Source: an uncultured delta proteobacterium (GTDB lineage Bacteria; Desulfobacterota; Syntrophorhabdia; Syntrophorhabdales; WCHB1-27). Taken from it: 64,000 nucleotides of DNA. Location: contig CAVVNC010000029.1 of the NCBI GenBank assembly GCA_963749525.1, positions 140 to 64,139 on the forward strand, in the 5' to 3' direction. The first letter of the stretch is position 1, and each line of letters starts with the position of its first letter. The notes under the pieces were generated by a model. That model searched no databases. It had not been told where the DNA came from and was given only the letters and a program-made list of their open reading frames with translations. Below, one piece after another: positions 29,042-38,711 of the stretch. The position numbers and the translations under genes were made by a program.

Positions 29042-29362
29042 ATGCCAAAGTATCTATTGGAAGTATCCTATACCTTAGAAGGTACGAAAGGACTTATCAA
29101 GGAGGGCGGCTCCAGCCGGGAGAAGAAAGTCGGCGAGACCGTCAAGAAACTGCATGGAAAGCTGGAGGCTTTCTACTATGCATTCGGAACATCCGATGTG
29201 TTTCTCATCGTCGATTTGCCGGATGCGGTAACTGCGGCAGCCCTTAGCCTGGCAGTCAACCAGAGTGGGGCAGTACACTTGAAGACGCATGTACTAATGA
29301 GCCCGGAAGAGATCGATCAGGCAGCGAAGAAGTCCGTGAACTACCGGGCGCCCGGAAAATAG
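29042..29362 (+). CDS. GYD-domain protein
   Basis: ATG 29042 follows GGGGGGAG. MPKYLLEVSYTLEGTKGLIKEGG...LEAFYYAFGTSDVFLIVDLPD fits the GYD family pattern (about 106 aa). Confidence 0.65.
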   Translation: MPKYLLEVSYTLEGTKGLIKEGGSSREKKVGETVKKLHGKLEAFYYAFGTSDVFLIVDLPDAVTAAALSLAVNQSGAVHLKTHVLMSPEEIDQAAKKSVNYRAPGK

Positions 29363-29670
29363 CGCGAAATAGCCGCTTGCCCGCCGTCCTACAGGTCCGC
29401 GGAGCCATCTGGACACAGTCGTTAGCTGCGGGGCCCGCCAGTGTGGACCGGCCGCCTGCGACCAGCATTCTCACTTTCAACCGGCTACACACTCTGGTTC
29501 GTCTGGAGAAACTGTTTCTATACGACAGCGATAACGCCCGGTCCGCTCTCGTCCTTCGTGAAATTATCAATGCATAGCAACGCCAACGCGTCCATGGGCA
29601 CAAGCGGCAATGCTTAGCCCGGTGGCGTGCCGATTCCGGGCACCTCCCGTCTTTAAGGCCGATTCTCTCT

Positions 29671-32600
29671 TCATTTCGGGGAACTTGAAATGCGCAGATA
29701 GGGTTCCAGTATTTTGTTCTTGTCTGCCTGCGTTCCGTCGTAGGCTATGGAGACGATGGGAATGGATAAATCTCTTTCCACCTTTTTATAGATTGCTTCA
29801 CTGATCAGCCCGGGGCAGCAGAAAAGAGGGTATACATGGACGATGAATTTCAAATCGGGGTAATTCTCATGCAGGTAGTAGACCTTGAGAAGATTTTCTG
29901 ATGTCTCCCCCCCGTGCCTGATGGATAAGCCATGGTGCTGCAGGTACGTCAAAGGATCACGATTGAGGGTGGACCCTTCGTCTTTTAGAAGGGGGCGGGC
30001 AATCCTGGTCAGCTTTCGGCCGAGTAGGCTGAGCGTACCGTAAAGGGCTTTGTCCCGAAGCAAACCCAAATAGCTGCCGTCAAGCCACTGGCTCTTGAAG
30101 TATGTCGTGATCAGAAGGCCCATCGTGTCGATAAAGGGTATGGTGACGGCTTCGGCGCCGGCCCGCTCCAGTCCCCGGATAAGGTCTTGATTGAAGATCT
30201 CGTTGTCGCGCACATATACGTCTCCCACGATCCCCACCTGGGGCAACCGGACGTCGGTCTTCTCGATGGCCTCAAGATCTTTTACAATCTCCTGAAAAAC
30301 CTCTTCCCTGGAGGTTCCTTTTCTGAAGGCCGCAAACAGGCTTCCCTCCGCTTTTTGGACCAGCCGGTCCGTTGCTCCGGCAGTCTTTTCCCGCGGCCTG
30401 ACCTGGCGCGTCATCTTCTGCAGCAGTCCTGAAAGCAGCCAGGCTCGGTAAAGGTCAACCAGGAGCTCCAAAGGCAAATCTGTGGGGAGATAGGGACTGA
30501 CCCTTACTTCCACCTGTTCCAGGCCATGCCCCATCTTTGTCAGGGTTTGCTTTAACATAACCGGATACTGGGGGAGGTTGCATGAAAGCCGGCTGTCCGC
30601 GTTGCAAAAGATGGCGACCTGCTCCGGACGGAGAGACAGGGTCTGTATCGTGCTGAGGATCCCCTGAGTGAGGATGCTGATCGGCAGACACTGTCCGTCA
30701 TTCAGTTGGATGCTGCGCGATATGGTCTCCGGGGTTTGCTCAATGAGCTCAGCCTTGATACCGGAGCGATTAAGTATTGCCTGCATCAGGCGTGAGTTGA
30801 GGTGATCGTAGTCTGACAGCAGGTAGGTTTTGTCGGCAAAGGACCTTTTGAGATCTATCCTCGGGCGGATTTTCTGCGTGGCCGCGCCCCGAAAATTGCG
30901 GAAGGTCTCGATGGCCGCTTCCAGGCGGGTATCATAGCCTTCGCCTGCCTCATGCTCATCCAGTTGCAGGATCAGGTAGGGTTTGCGGTAGTAATCCATG
31001 ATGTCTTTGAAATAGGAGAGGACGAAAGAATCGGGTGAGCATTTGAACGCGGTCAGGTAGATGGGGAACAGGCCTTTCGTTTTAGCCACGATTTCCGCAG
31101 TTTTTATGATCCTATTGCCATAGTGCCAGTGGTTGAGCCGGACAAAATCTCGCGCCGCATCGATCTCACGCTCATCAACAGGGATCATATCCATATAGAA
31201 CGATTGAACGCCTTTTTCGGCCAGGCGGTCAGGAATTCCCTTGTTCAGAGATTGATTCAGAATCAGGTACGGCCGTCCCATCAGGGCAACAGCGATATCA
31301 TTGGTCGCGCCGATCTGGTCCCGAAACAGTTCCTGTAAGTCCTTTTTGCGTTCCTGAAACCAGTCCCAGGCCAAGGAAAATGCTCTTTCAACCCGCTCAA
31401 ATGATACCTGTTCCTTCATCGCCTCAGGAAACTCCAGATAGATCAGCCGGATCATCTCGTCGAGGTTGCCGTTCACGGCCAGGACGGGGGCGATTACTTT
31501 TCCTGCAAGCGGAAGGGAGGGTATGTTGTGAACGACCGGGATCGCGTAGTGGGAATAGTAGCAGTAGCTTTTGGCTTCTTTCCCAGAGGCGTGTTCGAAG
31601 AGCTGGGGACAAAAGATAAAATCGACCTGCGGCGTCAAATTCCTGATATGGCCGTGGAATTCCACTAAGGGCGTGCAGTATTCTGCGCCGGTTATCTCCT
31701 TTCCCCGCGTCATGTGTTTGGGGTCGGCAGAGGTTACGACCGGCGTGAACCCCAGCCGCTTGAAAAACAGCTCCCACAGCGGTAGGTATTCGACCATGGT
31801 CAGGGTCGCCGGCAATCCGATCTTCAGGGTAGAATCCGCCCCCGGTTGGTGGCGGGGCGCAATTCCGGAGGAGAATAGCTCCCTTCGCAGCTCAAGCAGA
31901 TTGAAATGGATGTGATTCCGCAAGCGGGCCAGTGAAAAACCGGGACGCCTCGCTACCGAGAGAATTCCTCCATCCTTAAATTCCCGGAACGGGTTGCCCT
32001 CGCCCTCAAAGCTTGGCGCGCCGGCTGCGGCGGAAACATCAAACACCCTGCGATGGCTGCGCAACAGATCAAACCCAGAAGCGACTTTCTTCCGGTAACC
32101 CGAATCGTGCTCATCCCGGCCGCACAGGTACCCCCATCCCAGGGTCTCTCCGTCAAGGTCGATGCTTTTGATTTTGCAGTGATTCTTGCAGTACTCGCAG
32201 ACGTATTCGTCCACCACGACCTGTTCGGCGTGGAGGTCTTTTCTGAAACGGGACTCTCGGGCAAGGTCGGCATCGGCCATTTTGAGGCAGACGCCGAATG
32301 CGCCGGTGAGATGACAGAATTTTGAGACGGTGATGGGTTTCTGCAACTTCTGCTCAAATGCCTTCACCAGGGCGTAGTTCTTTGCAGTGGCCCCTTGGAA
32401 GGTAATCCGAGTGCCGATCTTGTTGACGTGGGCCACTTTGGAGAGATAGTTGTCCCTGACCGAATGGAGGGCTGCGGCAAGCAACTCCTCGCGGCTGTAC
32501 TGCAGGCTAAGGAGGTGATTCAAATCCCTCTCCATAAACACGGTGCACCGGTCACTGATCAGGGGGGCGGGAGCCCCTATCGCCAGGGCCGCATAGTCAT

Positions 32601-34008
32601 GCAGAGATACCCCGAGCCTCTTGGCCTGCTCTTCGATAAAGCTTCCCGTGCCTGCAGCGCACGCGTAATTCATGACCGAAAAAGTTACGCTGCCCTCCTT
32701 GAGCACGGTAAATTTTGCATCCTGCCCCCCGATTTCGATGATCGTGTCCGTCTCCGGGCCCAGATGATATGCCGCCCGGGCATGGGCAGTGATTTCATCG
32801 ACCGCATAGTCGGCCCGGACGACCTTTTGGATGAACTTGCGACCGGACCCGGTCGTTCCGGCGGCAAGAATCCTGAAGTGTACGGAAAAGCGTTGCTCCA
32901 GCCCGGCGATGGCCCTGGTCAGTTTCTGAACCGCTGAAATCGGCTGACCGCCGGTTCGGGCATAGAGTCCCACCAGGACCGCCTTCTCGCGATTCATGAG
33001 GGTTGCCTTGGTGCTGGTAGAGCCAATGTCGATTCCAAGATAGCACTCGATTTCCTCACCCAGGCTCAGAGGCTCATACACGTCGATTTCCACGTCATCG
33101 GTCACCGATGATTCCCAGGTGTCAAAATCGGGGACCTCCGATACCACGCTCGACAGGGGCGGATATCCGTAGGACCTGATGGCTGCCGTGGTTCTCTCGA
33201 GCAGCGCATGAACAGGGATCACTGCCGGTACTTCTCCCTCGTTCCGCTGTTTCAAAGCGATCAAGGCAGCGCCGATTGCCCCCATGTACTCGCCGTCGGT
33301 GAGTGCCTGCAGCGGGCGGCCCACTGCTTCCTGCAGGTACTGAAGAACCTTCCGGTTCTTACTGACACCACCAGCCACAACGACAGGATCTAATAATTCG
33401 ACGCCGTGAAACAGGGTATCGTAAATATTCTGGGCAACTCCGCGGGCCAGTCCGGCAGCGATTGCCGGCAGGCCATAGCCCTGCTGCTGCATATGGACCA
33501 GGTCCGTCCGGGCAAATACCGCGCAGCGGGTGGCTATCCGAGGTGGGTCTCCCTGATAGCCCTCGCCGATGCTGCTCAGCTCCTCGCTGCCGGAAAGCCC
33601 GAGGCGGGATGCCTGCTGATCCAGAAAAGAGCCCGTACCCGCCGCGCAGGCAGAGTTGGTTATGTATTTGTGGTAGCGGCCCTGCCGGTCGAAAAGGATC
33701 AGACCGAAGGTTTCTCCGCCGATGGTGATGATGGCTCCCGGGTTGGGGACGAAGTGCTTGACTCCGGCGATAAGGGCTACCTGTTCATTGACCTCGACTC
33801 CGGCCCGGAAGAATTCTCGCCCTTTCTCCGTGACGACCCCGAAAACACTCGGCCGTTGCGCGGGCAGTTTGCCGAGCATCGTCTGGAGTGTCGCATAGAT
33901 ATTGCCCCTATGGAAAGAGTAATCCCGGTAGGTAGGCTGCCCTGTGCTATCGAGCAGGACTATCGCAATGGAGACCGTGCCAATGTCAATACCCGCGACG
34001 TGGCCCAT
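29671..34008 (-). CDS. giant fusion protein: two BcrAD/BadFG/HgdC-type (ASKHA) activase ATPase domains + Cys motif + DUF2229/dehydratase-like C-terminal half
   Basis: 1,445-1,447 aa intact; the second ATG (34008) has better SD spacing. There are two activase modules (GIDIGTVS...NSACAAGTGSFLDQQ...RCAVFARTD and GIDIGSTSTKA...NYACAAGTGSFIEEQ...DRCTVFMERD), each with the two [4Fe-4S]-bridging Cys positions. These are followed by CEYCKNHC...C and about 800 aa of uncharacterised domains. Confidence 0.85.
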   Translation of the reverse strand: MGHVAGIDIGTVSIAIVLLDSTGQPTYRDYSFHRGNIYATLQTMLGKLPAQRPSVFGVVTEKGREFFRAGVEVNEQVALIAGVKHFVPNPGAIITIGGETFGLILFDRQGRYHKYITNSACAAGTGSFLDQQASRLGLSGSEELSSIGEGYQGDPPRIATRCAVFARTDLVHMQQQGYGLPAIAAGLARGVAQNIYDTLFHGVELLDPVVVAGGVSKNRKVLQYLQEAVGRPLQALTDGEYMGAIGAALIALKQRNEGEVPAVIPVHALLERTTAAIRSYGYPPLSSVVSEVPDFDTWESSVTDDVEIDVYEPLSLGEEIECYLGIDIGSTSTKATLMNREKAVLVGLYARTGGQPISAVQKLTRAIAGLEQRFSVHFRILAAGTTGSGRKFIQKVVRADYAVDEITAHARAAYHLGPETDTIIEIGGQDAKFTVLKEGSVTFSVMNYACAAGTGSFIEEQAKRLGVSLHDYAALAIGAPAPLISDRCTVFMERDLNHLLSLQYSREELLAAALHSVRDNYLSKVAHVNKIGTRITFQGATAKNYALVKAFEQKLQKPITVSKFCHLTGAFGVCLKMADADLARESRFRKDLHAEQVVVDEYVCEYCKNHCKIKSIDLDGETLGWGYLCGRDEHDSGYRKKVASGFDLLRSHRRVFDVSAAAGAPSFEGEGNPFREFKDGGILSVARRPGFSLARLRNHIHFNLLELRRELFSSGIAPRHQPGADSTLKIGLPATLTMVEYLPLWELFFKRLGFTPVVTSADPKHMTRGKEITGAEYCTPLVEFHGHIRNLTPQVDFIFCPQLFEHASGKEAKSYCYYSHYAIPVVHNIPSLPLAGKVIAPVLAVNGNLDEMIRLIYLEFPEAMKEQVSFERVERAFSLAWDWFQERKKDLQELFRDQIGATNDIAVALMGRPYLILNQSLNKGIPDRLAEKGVQSFYMDMIPVDEREIDAARDFVRLNHWHYGNRIIKTAEIVAKTKGLFPIYLTAFKCSPDSFVLSYFKDIMDYYRKPYLILQLDEHEAGEGYDTRLEAAIETFRNFRGAATQKIRPRIDLKRSFADKTYLLSDYDHLNSRLMQAILNRSGIKAELIEQTPETISRSIQLNDGQCLPISILTQGILSTIQTLSLRPEQVAIFCNADSRLSCNLPQYPVMLKQTLTKMGHGLEQVEVRVSPYLPTDLPLELLVDLYRAWLLSGLLQKMTRQVRPREKTAGATDRLVQKAEGSLFAAFRKGTSREEVFQEIVKDLEAIEKTDVRLPQVGIVGDVYVRDNEIFNQDLIRGLERAGAEAVTIPFIDTMGLLITTYFKSQWLDGSYLGLLRDKALYGTLSLLGRKLTRIARPLLKDEGSTLNRDPLTYLQHHGLSIRHGGETSENLLKVYYLHENYPDLKFIVHVYPLFCCPGLISEAIYKKVERDLSIPIVSIAYDGTQADKNKILEPYLRISSSPK

Positions 34009-34213
34009 GCGCATGCTCCTTACACCGCATTTGCCTGCTATTAGCCCGTATTCTCAGCGCTGAAAGGAGCAATGGGAGGCAAACAAGTCTGATGTTGCGT
34101 CTAATATAGACCAAAAAGGAGGTTTATACAAACGCGGTTATTATACCCGGGGGCGAGGCGTTACCCCCGTGCAGGAGCAAGTAGGCCCCTCAACAAAGAT
34201 GATGCTCCACGGT

Positions 34214-35356
34214 CTATCCTGGTTGCGGGGAGGGTTTTCCCATTTCCCGGAGCCAGCGGTAGTGTTCGGCCAGTCCCGTCCAGAAAGAACGGTGCTGGGC
34301 GTATTTTACGCCGAATTCGCCGCACGTCTCCTCGACGATCTTCGCCATTCCGGGGTAGTTTATGTGACAGATAGAGGGAAAGAGATGATGCTCGAGGTGG
34401 AAGTTCAAGCCTCCGAAGAACCACGTCCTAACCCGGCTGTGCCGGTCGTAATCGAGCGTCACCTGGGCCTGGTGCACAGCCCATGGGTTCTCCATCATAT
34501 GAGAGGCTTTGTCGGGCAAGGGGAAATCGGAAAGGCCCGTGCAGTGCGGCAACTGGAACACGACGGAAAGCGGTATGCCCATAATGAGGACAACTACCGC
34601 GTAGTAAAAGAGGATAATCGAGACGGGGTGGCGGGATAGGGGCAGCACGAGTGCCAGGGTAAAAAAGAGCGCCTTCCCTCCGATGAAAACAACAAGATTC
34701 CCACCTTTGGGCCGGGGCGTCGGATGCGTGTGGATCCTGCCGGATACGGCGTGGTGAAAATCGCTGTACAGATGGAATTTCACTACGAGGAAAGCGTAGA
34801 GCGCCCACACATATAGATGCTGCCAGCGATGGAACCATCGCCTTTTCTGGTGCGGCGCAAACCGGGTAAGCTTGCCCAAATCGATATCGGGATCGTAGCC
34901 CACTATGTTGACGTAGTTGTGATGATACATGGCGTGCTTCCAGTGCCACACATAAGAACTGGCGCCGATCAGGTCCAGCGTCATGGCCGCCAGTCTGTTG
35001 ACCCACCGGCGCTCCGAAAAGGCCCGATGCCCTCCGTCATGCATGATGTTGAACCCTATCGCCGTCATGGAGAAGGCAAGCACAACGGCGGTTATCAGGC
35101 CCTGCCACAGGTTCTGCGCCCAGAACACCAGTGCCAGATATGAGAGAAAAAAGCAGGATAGGATGATTCCAGATTTCAGATAAATTCGCCGACCACCGCG
35201 TTGTGGCCGGCCCACCGTCCGAAAGTACTCGTTCACGCGGCGACGCAACTCGGTATGAAACTCCGCGCTGCTGTCGAACTTCAGGCCCTGGACGGCCGGC
35301 GGATAGCGGCTTGGATTTCTATCGGCTCTCTCGAACCCTTCCTGCTTTTCCGGCAT
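34214..35356 (-). CDS. membrane fatty-acid desaturase family protein (di-iron, three His boxes)
   Basis: His boxes HDGGH, HWKHAMYHHNYVN and HLEHHLFP with TM segments. It is co-directional with the giant gene, 200 bp upstream of it. Confidence 0.85.
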   Translation of the reverse strand: MPEKQEGFERADRNPSRYPPAVQGLKFDSSAEFHTELRRRVNEYFRTVGRPQRGGRRIYLKSGIILSCFFLSYLALVFWAQNLWQGLITAVVLAFSMTAIGFNIMHDGGHRAFSERRWVNRLAAMTLDLIGASSYVWHWKHAMYHHNYVNIVGYDPDIDLGKLTRFAPHQKRRWFHRWQHLYVWALYAFLVVKFHLYSDFHHAVSGRIHTHPTPRPKGGNLVVFIGGKALFFTLALVLPLSRHPVSIILFYYAVVVLIMGIPLSVVFQLPHCTGLSDFPLPDKASHMMENPWAVHQAQVTLDYDRHSRVRTWFFGGLNFHLEHHLFPSICHINYPGMAKIVEETCGEFGVKYAQHRSFWTGLAEHYRWLREMGKPSPQPG

Positions 35357-35756
35357 AGCTCGCTATCAGTATAACATAAGCAAACGGACGAGGTTAGGCA
35401 AAGACCATTCGCTTGCCCTCGATAAGCCGATTGTTGTCTTGGCTTTTTTCAGCACGTAATTCTCGTATGTCATTGGGGCGCCACCTCACTGTTTCGTAGA
35501 GTATGAAGACGGGCATCTTCCCGTAAGCACAAGTCTCCGTTCCGACTCCCGAAAGGCATCTTTCGGCCGGCAATCGTTATCCTGTGATCAGTAGGCCCCC
35601 TGCGAAGCGCGGGAACAAGGGAACACAAACTCTGACATCACCCCGAGAATCGGCTGCGCTGGTCTTCGGGATCCGGGGTTTCCGGAGGGGCACTACTCAG
35701 TTTTTAGATACGCGCCGCAAATACTCGATCCTGGGCTTTTAGGGTAATCTGGCCGG

Positions 35757-36923
35757 TCAAAACAGGGAAGATCGTTTTCCGAGGGGTGTTGGTTTCCCCA
35801 GGGTCATTTTGAGATATTCAAGCATAAGTTCCTGCAACATCTGCTCTTTTGATGTGTCGACAAAGGATTGTTTTTCGTCTGCTTGGGCCTTGTTTATCTT
35901 ACCGGCTTGGATAGCGGAAGATCGTAGCGCCTGCTGCAAAGCAGCATATTCGCCGGCCAGTCCTGTTGCCGGCATGTGTGAAAGCGATTGGTGGACCAAG
36001 GCCAACTGACTCGGAGCAGGAAGACAAGGCGACTCGAGAACCATTCTGAAATTCTGAGCATAACGTTTCATGCCTCCCATCATGTGACCCGGTTTCACAA
36101 AATTGATACCTGACCAGCCGGCTCGAAGCCATTGAAAAGTTCCAGTCCTGACCATGGCAGCCGAGCCCTCTGATTCGACATAGACGACAACCGAAGAATA
36201 GTCGTAGATGTAAGTCTTTGCCCATCCGAGCCCGGTTTTCATGGTCCCTGGTTCACTTGAATAGAAGTAGGTCCAGTCATTGTCATTGCCCAGAATAACC
36301 CCCTTTTTCCCGACTTGTGATGCATCGATCAGTGCCGATATGGAAACTAACACCTCTTGGCCCTTGTGGTTAAAGAGGATAAGGGTCCTTTTCAGGTCAT
36401 ATTCATGATAAACGCCGGTAGAGAGATCAGGAGTGCTGGAGTCATGCTGCAGACCGCGAATGATGACCGGAGCCCCGTCAGGAGGAACCACGCCCCACCT
36501 GCTCGGCATTTCATGCATGTCACTTTGAGGATTGGACCAGATCGAGTAGCGTAGGGAAGATGGTCTCGTGATGTTTGACGGAATGAGAGAACTGTAGCAG
36601 TACTCCATGAATCGGGGAAAGGCGACCCTTGTGTCGAATTCATAATAGACCCCGTAACACCGATTACATTCTGGGAGGGAGCATTCCCTGCCATTCTTCG
36701 AGATCATGACGTAGTCCGCCAGGGTAGCAATCGCCTGTAGATCAGGATCGGTTTTGGAATCGCCACAATACTGGACGAGACGCACTGCAGCGTCGCTCAC
36801 AAGGCGGGGGATGTCCGTGAGAGAAGCAGCGGGAGCGGGCGGGTATGCCGCGAGGAGCGAGAACCCGAGCAGAAAGCAGCGCCATATCTGCGAAAACTGC
36901 CAAAAATGAGTCTTTTGATTCAC
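35757..36923 (-). CDS. hypothetical secreted protein (388 aa)
   Basis: Long ORF in a lower-GC patch with a GTG start. The N-terminal hydrophobic segment IWRCFLLGFSLLAAYPPAPAAS looks like a signal peptide. I recognise no family. Confidence 0.55.
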   Translation of the reverse strand: MNQKTHFWQFSQIWRCFLLGFSLLAAYPPAPAASLTDIPRLVSDAAVRLVQYCGDSKTDPDLQAIATLADYVMISKNGRECSLPECNRCYGVYYEFDTRVAFPRFMEYCYSSLIPSNITRPSSLRYSIWSNPQSDMHEMPSRWGVVPPDGAPVIIRGLQHDSSTPDLSTGVYHEYDLKRTLILFNHKGQEVLVSISALIDASQVGKKGVILGNDNDWTYFYSSEPGTMKTGLGWAKTYIYDYSSVVVYVESEGSAAMVRTGTFQWLRAGWSGINFVKPGHMMGGMKRYAQNFRMVLESPCLPAPSQLALVHQSLSHMPATGLAGEYAALQQALRSSAIQAGKINKAQADEKQSFVDTSKEQMLQELMLEYLKMTLGKPTPLGKRSSLF

Positions 36924-37056
36924 GTTGAGACATTCACCGTTAATGGTCTATTTTGCTAAAAGCATAAGAGCTGAAAGCTCTTCGTGTCAACGGAATATTG
37001 CGTCGTATCACCGCCTGGTCCCGGGCATGAATTTTTCCCGGTACGTTTCTTTTTGA

Positions 37057-37638
37057 ATGGCGTGTGGGGCAGTCGATGCCTTTCGGGCAAGACGAGGTAA
37101 CGGTTTTAGCCATCGGGTCGATGCCCGGATAGATGCTGCTGTCAGGGAAGTCTTCCGCATGCCGAGAGAACGGCAATCTCTGCCCTCACCCGCTGTCGGC
37201 GCGAGCTATCTGCAGGGTATCAAAAAACAGGTCGAAGAGTTTTGGATCCCGGAAATCTCAGCATTGCTGGATGAATTCAGCCGGCCGGGCTCAATCAAGG
37301 ATGGTCAGCAGTTCCACAAACTCATTCAGGGGGCTCAAAGAATTGCTGGGGCAGTTGTTGGCAGTCCGGGCAGTTTGTTCCGTTACCAGATGCGAGGGTT
37401 TCCCGTAATTACGGATCAGAAAACCAACCAGACTCTCTACGCACCTCCCTTTCCCGCAATAGAGGTGATCAGCTACCCTCTTGAACTTATTCTTGGAGAG
37501 GTGGTTAGGTCGGCTAAGACTTTGCAGGACAATCTGGTGGACTGGAGCAGGCAGCGTCGCGAGATGAGAAAAGACTACGTCGCTTATTTGACCGCAGTCG
37601 AGCAGACGCGATCAGCAAGGCTTCTTAATTACTTTTAG
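37057..37638 (+). CDS. hypothetical protein (start uncertain)
   Basis: ORF divergent from 35757..36923. An internal Met (MPRERQSL...) is an alternative start. I recognise no family. Confidence 0.3.
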   Translation: MACGAVDAFRARRGNGFSHRVDARIDAAVREVFRMPRERQSLPSPAVGASYLQGIKKQVEEFWIPEISALLDEFSRPGSIKDGQQFHKLIQGAQRIAGAVVGSPGSLFRYQMRGFPVITDQKTNQTLYAPPFPAIEVISYPLELILGEVVRSAKTLQDNLVDWSRQRREMRKDYVAYLTAVEQTRSARLLNYF

Positions 37639-37879
37639 TACTTGTAATTGCTTTCACGGTCCTATTGACTTTGTCATCTGGCAGAATTGTCCATCTGGCT
37701 CGTCTGCTCCTCGCTCTGATTCGAGGCTAAGGAGGGGTAAACAAAGAAGATTACGGAGCCTATGCGATGGACCATCGCAGTCTATTTCAAAGCGGGGCCG
37801 ATTCTCCCTCACGATATCGCTTCTTAATGGCAATCGTCGTAGATCCCGACTGCCGACGCACCTGCACTTGTAGGTGAAG

Positions 37880-38521
37880 CTCTCGGGTCTTTTTCCGATG
37901 CCCACACAGCCCCGCGATGAATAACGAATGCCCTCTCAAGCTTTGCGTGGGGGATGGGGGCGTGAGGGCCTAAAACGACGAGCGATGCAGTTCTGCTGGC
38001 TCGGTGAGTCACGAAGGAGGTAAAGCCGGGACCGGCACTGGTAGGGAAAAACCCTCTCGTACCTTTGTTGAGCCTCTGAACAGCTCGAATTTTCATTTGC
38101 CGAACAAGCCCGGGCGACACCACAGGCTTGAGCTGACACCGAAAGGCGCCGCCTAAAAAGAGGACGCAGATCTAGGTCGGCGGATGTTGAATCCGTCCGG
38201 ACAATTGCCCTTGACCGGGGCATCCGGGCTCCCTATACTCCTTATCATGAAGGGCAGGCCTTATCGTGGCGATGCCGTGAGCCAGCCTGATCAGAGGATA
38301 GTCCCGATGGCCGGAGCAAGGCGCGAATTCCAGGATTTTGCAAAGCCGGCCGGTCCGGTGTGCAATCTGGAGTGCCGCTATTGCTACTATCTGAAGAAGA
38401 AAGACCTCTACGAGAAGGGCGACCCGCTCCGTATGTCCGACGACATCCTGGAGGAGTACATCGTCCAGCACATCGATGCCTCGCGGGGTGAGGTGATCAG
38501 GTTTTCCTGGCACGGCGGGGA
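37880..38521 (+). repeat. direct duplicate of the anSME upstream region + first ~72 codons (copy 1; partner 43321-44022)
   Basis: 38352-38521 is identical base for base to 43853-44022 (170 bp). About 38100-38351 is similar with scattered mismatches. 37880-38100 is only loosely similar, with indels. Confidence 0.75.
38211..38239 (+). promoter_or_regulatory. candidate sigma70 promoter (TTGACC-17-TATACT) of the truncated anSME copy
   Basis: cccTTGACCggggcatccgggctcccTATACTcc. The same hexamers and spacing are conserved at 43714-43742. Confidence 0.5.
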
Positions 38522-38711
38522 AGGGATCGCCCTGAAAATCCGATGCGTCTCACATAAGGAATCTGACAATTCAATGGGCGTCTTGCCTTACTATGGCGGG
38601 AGCAATTTGATAGCCTCAGAAGCGGTGCTTACTTTTCGGGGATCAGATGCACAGGGTGCCCCCAACTCCCACCATGGGAGGGAAGTCACTGTCGCGGCAG
38701 GGCTATCATGA
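38307..38711 (+). pseudogene. truncated duplicate of the anaerobic sulfatase-maturating enzyme gene (first ~72 codons, then unrelated sequence)
   Basis: MAGARREFQDFAKPAGPVCNLECRYCYYLKKKDLYEKGDPLRMSDDILEEYIVQHIDASRGEVIRFSWHGGE is then followed by non-homologous EGIALKIRCVSHKE... up to a stop at 38711. Confidence 0.7.

Noticed and set aside
37936-38223. Minus-strand ORFs 37936..38223 and 43364..43726 sharing the N-terminus M.RSRAIVR.DSTSADLDLR.LFRRRL
   Set aside because: They lie inside the duplicated DNA, run across the anSME promoter, lack an RBS, and diverge exactly where the DNA copies diverge. They are a by-product of the duplication.
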